Below are positions 57,589 through 64,000 of a DNA stretch of 64,000 nt, one piece after another. The stretch lies in contig JBFGLM010000005.1 of the NCBI GenBank assembly GCA_041576165.1, positions 74,581 to 138,580 of the forward strand. Reading direction: 5' to 3'. A program made the position numbers and the translations under genes. Positions within the stretch are counted from its first letter, which is position 1. Every line of letters starts with the position of its first letter. The DNA comes from Acidimicrobiia bacterium (GTDB lineage: Bacteria > Actinomycetota > Acidimicrobiia > Spongiisociales > Spongiisociaceae). The notes beneath the pieces were generated by a model, which saw nothing but the letters and a program-made list of their open reading frames with translations, ran no database searches and had not been told where the DNA came from.

Positions 57589-58335
57589 ATGCAGACGGTC
57601 GAGCGGGCGTTTGCCGTGCTGCGCGCACTGGCCGCCTCGCACGGCAGCGCCGGGGTGAGCCACGTGGCCCGCCAGACCGGTTTGGCCAAGAGCACGGTGT
57701 CGCGCCTGCTGACCAGCCTCGAGGCAATCGGCATGATCGAACGCCTGGACGACGGTGGCCGGTACGCGATCGGAGCTGGACTGGCCGCGCTGACCGGCCG
57801 GGTGTCGCCGGCCGGTTCGCTGCGGGAGGTGTGTCGCTCCTATTTGCGGGATCTGGTCGATGACCTCGATGAGAGCGCCGGCCTGACCGTGCCCGACGGC
57901 GCCACCGCGCTCTACATCGACCACGTCGCAGCCGAAGGTTCGGTACGGACCCGGGATTGGACCGGGATGCGTTTCCCGTTCCACACCGTGGCAGGTGGGC
58001 ACGCCATGATGATGACCTGGTCGGATGACCAGATCAGGGACTACGCCGCCGAGGGACTGGAGAGGTTCACGGCATCCACTGCCACGACCTTCACCGAGCT
58101 GGCCGCCCGGATCCGGGCGGCCCGACGGCAGGGATACGCCTGGACCCGGCAGGACTTCGACGACGAGATCAACGGGGTGGCGGCACCGATCCGGGCTGCC
58201 GCCGGGCCGGCTATCGGGGCCGTGAGTGTGTACGGACCCAGTTTTCGGTTTCCACCCGACGACAGCGCCGATACGATCGGCGAGCGGGTAGCAGCGGCCG
58301 CCGCCGCGATCGAAGACCGATATCGGGCGATTTGA
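57589..58335 (+). CDS. IclR family regulator
   Basis: MQTVERAFAVL, LAKSTVSRLL, RQGYAW...GVAAPI. Confidence 0.92.
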   Translation: MQTVERAFAVLRALAASHGSAGVSHVARQTGLAKSTVSRLLTSLEAIGMIERLDDGGRYAIGAGLAALTGRVSPAGSLREVCRSYLRDLVDDLDESAGLTVPDGATALYIDHVAAEGSVRTRDWTGMRFPFHTVAGGHAMMMTWSDDQIRDYAAEGLERFTASTATTFTELAARIRAARRQGYAWTRQDFDDEINGVAAPIRAAAGPAIGAVSVYGPSFRFPPDDSADTIGERVAAAAAAIEDRYRAI

Positions 58336-58337
58336 GG

Positions 58338-59903
58338 TCACCAGCGGCCGTCCGACCCTGATTTGGCGGCAGGCGTCAACCGGATCAGGAATTTCTCCCG
58401 GATGAGCTCGTCGGTTGCGGGGTCGATGTGTTGCGGATGATGCGAGGACAGAACCTCGCGCACCCGCAGATGCGCCCGGTCGGCGGCGGAAGTGGCGCCG
58501 GCCTCGGTCCAGTCGTCGGGGCTCAGGCGATCCCCGACGGCCGGATAGAGGTACTCCTTTTGCATCAGTCCCAGCGTTTGGGCGTGACCGAGGAAATGGC
58601 CGGGCCCGCTGATCACGTCTCGGATCACGGCGGCGGCCAGCGACTCGTCGGTCACATCGATGCCGCGCACTGTTCGGTTGACCGCTCCCAGCAGGTCGTT
58701 GTCGATGACCAGCATCTCCAGCGAGCAGGCGAGCAGTGACGCCAGCATCCCGGCCGATTCGTACACCAGATTGGCGCCGGCGTGCGCGGCCAACGCGACG
58801 GTGAGGCCCTTCTCGTGGCCGGCCTGGGCGTCCGGGATCTTCGAGTCGGCCATCCCGGCCGGTACCCCGGAGGGAAGGCCCAGCCAGTTGGCCACCTGGG
58901 CCGCACCGGCCGCCAGGACCGCCTCTTCTCCGCTGCCCCCGCTCATGGCACCGGTACGCAGGTCTGAGACGAAGGGCCAGAGTCCCATCACACAGGGGTG
59001 GCCGGGAGACAGCAGATTCACGCTCGTCAACGCGGCCAAGCATTCCGCCAGGGCTTGCGCCAGCGAGCCGGCCAGTGAGGCGGGAGAGGTGGCGCCCGCC
59101 TGGCCCGCCGACAACAGGTTGATAGGCATGCCGGTCTGGACCTGAGCCACCATGCATTTGGCCGAATCGACCGCGAACCGGAGCGGTGGAACCACGAACG
59201 TGTTGTTGGCCACGACGAACGGGCGGCGGGCGAACTCTCCCGGCGCCCCCAGCACCATGTCGAACATCTCCACGGACTCATAGACATGCTCGGGGCTGAA
59301 ATACGAAGTCCCGACTGGTTTGGTGGTTCCGGCCATAGTGGCGTAGGCCGTGTTGATGTCCAGCTCTCTCGACGTCTCGCAGTCGCGGGTCACGACGGGG
59401 CGGGCGAAAAAGTGGATATGTTCTAGTGTGTCGGCCAGCCGGGACAGGTCGTAGAGATCGGCCGTTGTCGAATCCCGGAACTTCTGGGTCCGGTGGTCCA
59501 GCATCAGTACTGCGGCTCCGGCCGTGCCAAAGTGCACTCTCTGTTCGGATAGCTCGATGCTCCGATCCTCGTCGATCCCGTGCCAGACCCACGATTTGGC
59601 CGCCGTTTGTATGGCGCCTTCGACGACTCCCCGGGGATAGCGCAGCCGGTCGCGTTCGTCGACGCGGCCCCCGGCCGCCGTCACGACCTCGATGAACTCA
59701 GGAATCGGGTCGCCCATCCCGACGTTCTCCAGCAGATCGAACGCGGTGTCAGCGATCCGAACGAGGTCGGCCTCTGTCAGCGGCCGGTAGGCGCCGCCCA
59801 TCTGACCCGGCCAGACTGCCCGTTCGTCTTGGCTCGGCCCGGCAGCCCGGGCCGCGATCCGGGCCGACCGGCCGCCGCTGCGCCGCCGGGCGGTCTGGGC
59901 CAT
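58338..59903 (-). CDS. MttB-superfamily methyltransferase without pyrrolysine (MtgB-like)
   Basis: FGTAGAAV, PPLRFA, AGATSPASLAG, SDLRTGAMSGGSGE, DSKIPDAQAGHEK, GPGHFLG; no in-frame amber codon. Confidence 0.9.
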   Translation of the reverse strand: MAQTARRRSGGRSARIAARAAGPSQDERAVWPGQMGGAYRPLTEADLVRIADTAFDLLENVGMGDPIPEFIEVVTAAGGRVDERDRLRYPRGVVEGAIQTAAKSWVWHGIDEDRSIELSEQRVHFGTAGAAVLMLDHRTQKFRDSTTADLYDLSRLADTLEHIHFFARPVVTRDCETSRELDINTAYATMAGTTKPVGTSYFSPEHVYESVEMFDMVLGAPGEFARRPFVVANNTFVVPPLRFAVDSAKCMVAQVQTGMPINLLSAGQAGATSPASLAGSLAQALAECLAALTSVNLLSPGHPCVMGLWPFVSDLRTGAMSGGSGEEAVLAAGAAQVANWLGLPSGVPAGMADSKIPDAQAGHEKGLTVALAAHAGANLVYESAGMLASLLACSLEMLVIDNDLLGAVNRTVRGIDVTDESLAAAVIRDVISGPGHFLGHAQTLGLMQKEYLYPAVGDRLSPDDWTEAGATSAADRAHLRVREVLSSHHPQHIDPATDELIREKFLIRLTPAAKSGSDGRW

Positions 59904-62317
59904 CAGGCCCGGAGCCTCTCGCTCTGGGGATCCCACGCCGGAGCGTCCAGCACTGCCGCGTCCCGCCGCTCGTCCATGACCCTGATTTGGAACTTCGACC
60001 CGGCCGGGACGAACTCAGGCGTCACATACGCAAAGAACAAGCTCTTGCCAACCGAGTAGCCGTACGCGCCGCTGGTCGTGAGACCGATCACCTGCTCGCC
60101 CGCGTACACTGGCTCGTTCCCGCGACAGTCGGCGTCGGTCGCATCCAACTCACCGTACACACACACCATCTCGAGTGGTCCGTCTCGGCGGGCCAGCGTG
60201 GCGTCTTTGCCGAGGAAGTCCTTGTCGTAAGCCACGAAGCGTTCGATGGCGGCCTCTACCGGGGTGATCTCGGTCGTGAGCTCGCTGCCCCATGCTTTGT
60301 AGGCCTTCTCGATCCGCATCACGTTCATGGCCCGGCTGCCGAAATCGACGATGCCGTACGGCGCGCCGGCAGTCTGGATCGCCTCGTACAGCTCCAGCAT
60401 CCGATCAAGCGGATGATGAAGCTCCCATCCGAGCTCGCCGACGTAGGAAACGCGCAGGGCGATGCACGGGACACCCGCCACCGTGATCTGCCGGCCAGTC
60501 AGCCAGCGGAACGCCGGATTGGTGAGGTCCGCATCGGTCAACCCGGCGAGCAGGTCTCGGGCGCGGGGCCCGGTGACCGCCAGGATACCCAGATCGTTTG
60601 TCACGTCCCTGATCTGGATGTCCTCGTTGCGAGACGCATGGAACTGGAGCCAGTCGAGATCGTGTTGCTGTCCCACCACCGCGCTGTTCAAGTAGAAGCG
60701 CTCGGGTTCGAGCCGGGTGACGGTCATCTCGCATTCGATCCCGCCCAGTTCGGTGAGCATATGCACGAGCCGGATGCCGCCGTCGGCGGAGGGGAGCCGG
60801 TTGGCCGACAGCCGGTCGAGGAGCGCCGCAGCATCACGGCCGGCCACCTCGAACTTCGAAAACGCAGTCAGGTCGGCCACTCCGACCCGTTCGCGAATGC
60901 CCCGGACTTCCTCGCCAACCGGCTCGAACGCTGAGCCTCGGCGGAAGGAGTAGACCTCGGGTTGGCCGTCGGGTGAGAAGTACTGGACGCGTTCCCAACC
61001 GTAGACCTCCTGCCACTGTGCGCCTTTGCCGTTCAGCGTTTCGTACAGCGGAGTCTGGAGCAGGGGCCGGCCGGCCGCTCGGTATTCGCCCGGCATCCGC
61101 ACCTGGTACATCTCGTGGTATTCGTCGAGCGCCCTTTCATAGGTGTAGTGGCCCGGGGCGTACTCACCGAAGCGGCGAGGGTCCATCTCCCGCACGTTGA
61201 TTTCGGTCTGGCCGTGAACCATCCATTGGGCAAGGTATTTGCCGGCGCCCGGCCCTTGGGTGACGCCGATCGAGGCGCCGACGCACATCCAATAGTTCTC
61301 CAGCCCGGGGGCGGGGCCCATCAGGTAGCCGGCGTCGGGGGTGTGCGTGATGGGCCCGCTCACGACTTGCTTGATCCCCGCTTGTTCGAACGCCGGGATC
61401 CGCTGGGCGGCCAGTCCCAGCCAGGGGAGCAGCCTTTCGACCTCGGGCGGAGTGAGGTGAAACGCCAAGTCCCAGTCGATCCCCTCTACTCCATACGGCT
61501 TTGATCCTTCGGTCTCGTACGGCCCGATGATCAGGCCGTCGTGTTCTTGGCGGTAGTAGCAGGACGCCCGGGGGTCGCGCACGACCGGCAGCTCGGTGCT
61601 CACCGCCGCCACCTCTGGAATCGTCTCGGTGACGATGTACTGGTGGATCACCGAGACGATCGGCACGTCCAGCCCCACCATTGCCCCCAGTTGCGGCCCG
61701 TAGTGGCCGGCCGCGTTCACGACGTTTTCGGCGACGATTCGGCCCTTTTCGGTGAGGACCTCCCAGCGGCCGTCGGCGAGATGATTCATATCGAGTACCC
61801 GGTTGTGCCGGGAGATTTCGGCGCCGAGCTGGCGGGCCCCGGCCGCCATGGCATTGGTGGCGGCCGAAGGATCGGCCCAGCCGTCGTTCGGCGTGTGCAA
61901 TCCCAGCGCCACATCGGAGACGTCAAGCAACGGATGGAGATCGGGTATTTCGCTCGGACCAACCAGGTGGGCCTCTACCCCCACCAGCTCGAGGATGCCG
62001 TGGACATACCGAAACCAATCGACCTCGTCGGCCGTGTGGGCCAGCCGCACGGCGCCACATCCATGCCAGCCGGGGTGCATCCCGGTTTCCGCCTCGAGCT
62101 CCGTGTAGAGCTGGGAGCCGTAGGCGTGCACCTTCGCCATGTTGAGACTGCCGATGAAGTGGGGAACCAGCCCGGCGGCGTGCCACGTAGAGCCGGAGGT
62201 GAGTTCGTCCTTCTCGACGAGGACCGTGTCGGTCCAGCCTTCGTGCGCCAGGTGATAGAGCAGGCCAACCCCCATGGCGCCGCCACCGACAATCACACAC
62301 TGCGCTTCTTCGCGCAC
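59903..62317 (-). CDS. Dimethylglycine dehydrogenase-like flavoprotein (DAO + GcvT)
   Basis: VIVGGGAMG, LTSGSTWHAAG, GPITHTPD, GWER, YVGELGWELH, RIEKAY. Confidence 0.9.
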   Translation of the reverse strand: MREEAQCVIVGGGAMGVGLLYHLAHEGWTDTVLVEKDELTSGSTWHAAGLVPHFIGSLNMAKVHAYGSQLYTELEAETGMHPGWHGCGAVRLAHTADEVDWFRYVHGILELVGVEAHLVGPSEIPDLHPLLDVSDVALGLHTPNDGWADPSAATNAMAAGARQLGAEISRHNRVLDMNHLADGRWEVLTEKGRIVAENVVNAAGHYGPQLGAMVGLDVPIVSVIHQYIVTETIPEVAAVSTELPVVRDPRASCYYRQEHDGLIIGPYETEGSKPYGVEGIDWDLAFHLTPPEVERLLPWLGLAAQRIPAFEQAGIKQVVSGPITHTPDAGYLMGPAPGLENYWMCVGASIGVTQGPGAGKYLAQWMVHGQTEINVREMDPRRFGEYAPGHYTYERALDEYHEMYQVRMPGEYRAAGRPLLQTPLYETLNGKGAQWQEVYGWERVQYFSPDGQPEVYSFRRGSAFEPVGEEVRGIRERVGVADLTAFSKFEVAGRDAAALLDRLSANRLPSADGGIRLVHMLTELGGIECEMTVTRLEPERFYLNSAVVGQQHDLDWLQFHASRNEDIQIRDVTNDLGILAVTGPRARDLLAGLTDADLTNPAFRWLTGRQITVAGVPCIALRVSYVGELGWELHHPLDRMLELYEAIQTAGAPYGIVDFGSRAMNVMRIEKAYKAWGSELTTEITPVEAAIERFVAYDKDFLGKDATLARRDGPLEMVCVYGELDATDADCRGNEPVYAGEQVIGLTTSGAYGYSVGKSLFFAYVTPEFVPAGSKFQIRVMDERRDAAVLDAPAWDPQSERLRA

Positions 62318-62340
62318 GTCGTGCCCCTCTCCTCACTCGC

Positions 62341-62374
62341 GTTCCACTCAACGGAACGATCTACTCAGTGGTAC
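62341..62374. promoter_or_regulatory. Tandem putative IclR operators
   Basis: GTTCCACTCAACGGAAC + GATCTACTCAGTGGTAC, just upstream of the RBS of the 62317 gene. Confidence 0.62.
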
Positions 62375-62458
62375 ATGTTGGGGCAGCATACCGGACAGGT
62401 AGTGCGCTGAACGGGCTGGTTGGAGAAATCCTCACCGGAGCGCACCAGCGCGGCCGCT

Positions 62459-63694
62459 TCAGCGCGCGGCGCGGTTGTCCCAGCCGAACTGCTCCCAGTC
62501 AACCGGTGTGTCGAGCCGAGGCAAGGGCTCGCCGTCCATCACTTCGATGTACTTCTGGGCGGCGCCCGTGTTGTAGATCACGATCCGCTCGTCGGGGTCG
62601 ACGGCGTTCTCTTCGACGAGCTGTTCCAGCACGCCCAAGCAGGCACCGGTTTCGGGTGCAATCGAGATACCGGTGAGAGCGGACGCTCGCTGCGCCCACC
62701 ACAGCAGTCGCTTCTCGGGTGTGGCCCGAGCCTGACCACCCGACTCGACGACTGCATCGATGATCATGAAGTCGCCCACTGCCGCCGGAACCCGCAGACC
62801 GCTGGCCGCGGTGTGGGCGTCGGGGAAGGGGTCGGCAAATCGTTCGCCCCTTTCCCAGGCGGTGGCGATCGGGGCGCAGCCATCGGATTGACACGAGATC
62901 ATCCGGGGGCGGCGCTCTGACGTCAGCCAGCCCATCTCGGCCAGCTCGGCGAAGGCCTTCCACATGCCGATCAAGCCGGTGCCACCCCCGGTGGGATACA
63001 GGATGACGTCGGGCAGTTCCCAGTCGAGCTGTTCGGCGAGTTCCAGTCCCATTGTCTTCTTGCCTTCGATCCGGTAGGGCTCCTTCAGGGTCGACACATC
63101 GAACCAGTTCATATGCGGCATGCCGTCGCGCACGACGGCACCGCAGTCGGTGATCAGCCCGTCGACCAGGAACGCCTTCGCTCCGTACCAGCCGGCCTCG
63201 AGTTGATTTACTGCCGGGGTGTCGGCCGGCATGAAAACGAACGCCTCCATCCCGGCTCGGGCTGCGTAGGCGGCCAGAGCGCCACCGGCATTGCCCGCCG
63301 TCGGGATCGCCAGCCGGGTTGCACCGAGTTCTTTGGCGCGACTGACGGCCATCGAAAGGCCGCGGCTTTTGAACGATCCGGTCGGAAGCTGGGACTCGTC
63401 CTTGATCCAGAGGTCGTCCAGTCCGAGTTCGGCGCCCAGTCGCTCGACCGGCAGCAAAGGCGTCATACCCTCTCCAAGCGTCACCACGTTCGCGCCGTCC
63501 CGCACCGGGAGTAGCTCGCGGTAGCGCCACATGGTCGGCGCTCGGGCCGCCACGCCGGTTTTGCTCATGGCAGCCGCCACCGCCTCCAGGTCGTAACGAA
63601 CCCAGAGGGGCCGATCTCTATGGAGTGTTTGGAGTTGCTCGGCCGCGAGCCAGGTGCCGTCCAGCGCCGACTCGAGGTGTGTGACGTAGCTCAT
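62459..63694 (-). CDS. thrC: Threonine synthase-like PLP enzyme
   Basis: MWRYRELLP, TLGEGMTPL, KDESQLPTGSFKSRG, PTAGNAG, PYRIEGKKT, YPTGGG. Confidence 0.75.
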   Translation of the reverse strand: MSYVTHLESALDGTWLAAEQLQTLHRDRPLWVRYDLEAVAAAMSKTGVAARAPTMWRYRELLPVRDGANVVTLGEGMTPLLPVERLGAELGLDDLWIKDESQLPTGSFKSRGLSMAVSRAKELGATRLAIPTAGNAGGALAAYAARAGMEAFVFMPADTPAVNQLEAGWYGAKAFLVDGLITDCGAVVRDGMPHMNWFDVSTLKEPYRIEGKKTMGLELAEQLDWELPDVILYPTGGGTGLIGMWKAFAELAEMGWLTSERRPRMISCQSDGCAPIATAWERGERFADPFPDAHTAASGLRVPAAVGDFMIIDAVVESGGQARATPEKRLLWWAQRASALTGISIAPETGACLGVLEQLVEENAVDPDERIVIYNTGAAQKYIEVMDGEPLPRLDTPVDWEQFGWDNRAAR

Positions 63695-63736
63695 ACCGGG
63701 CGAGGGTACTCGCGGCGGTCTTCGACCGGGCCTGGG

Positions 63737-64000
63737 CTACTCGGCCTGATCGATCTCGATGACGACGGCCACTTCGGCCTCGAGACGCTCGAGTTCGGCG
63801 AAAGAACGGGCGAAGGGGCCATCCTCTGCGCGGGATGGGTCGCAGTCGAAAAAGGCTCCCTCGGCCACTTCCACCCATGTTCCGACCGCGCCGTCCAGCG
63901 CCGGGTCGGGAGTTGGTTCGAGAGCCGGCGCCACCGAGCGTAGTTCGGCCAGCACTTCACGGCACGTGCCCCGGTCGGGCGCCAAACTGTCGGGCGCAGC
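63737..64000 (-). CDS. Hypothetical protein, 3' part only
   Basis: Frame is open to the window edge (…APDSLAPDRGTCREVLAELR…IEIDQAE*). Confidence 0.5.
   Translation of the reverse strand, partial: AAPDSLAPDRGTCREVLAELRSVAPALEPTPDPALDGAVGTWVEVAEGAFFDCDPSRAEDGPFARSFAELERLEAEVAVVIEIDQAE

Noticed and set aside
58338-59903. Pyrrolysine recoding in MttB
   Set aside because: The ORF is uninterrupted with no in-frame TAG, and no pyl genes are present.
1-64000. tRNA/rRNA genes, transposases, integrases, prophage
   Set aside because: None recognised by eye; intergenic gaps are short and composition looks uniform. A tRNAscan/Infernal run would be needed to exclude small RNAs.

Overview
High-GC, gene-dense bacterial chromosomal segment. 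Gene content and Cys-containing SLH repeats suggest an actinobacterium, probably Acidimicrobiia (inference). I found about 56 CDSs and no rRNA, tRNA, CRISPR array or mobile element. Housekeeping and metabolic genes include korAB, metG, sodN/sodX, an ABC exporter, pgl, glcB, a thrC-like gene, two AlkA glycosylases and two LLM oxidoreductases. A ~20 kb IclR-regulated region (41.7-62.3 kb) looks like methylated-amine/betaine catabolism: an HD-domain oxygenase-like protein, sarcosine oxidase subunits, a BBOX-like dioxygenase, two dimethylglycine-dehydrogenase-like proteins and a pyrrolysine-free MttB. The most unusual elements are: (1) a protein at 28328-30922 fusing a class III nucleotidyl-cyclase domain to 15 tandem 32-aa pentatricopeptide-like (PPR) repeats and a C-terminal TPR, a candidate RNA-sensing cyclic-nucleotide signalling protein; (2) a secreted subtilase ending in 12 perfect WSGGT repeats, directly upstream of a membrane GAF-GGDEF-EAL protein, a candidate peptide-signal/c-di-GMP module; (3) a 46-aa Cys/His-rich ORF absent from the ORF track, next to a NiSOD whose Ni-hook has Phe in place of Pro. 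All functional calls come from motif reading by eye; no searches were run.
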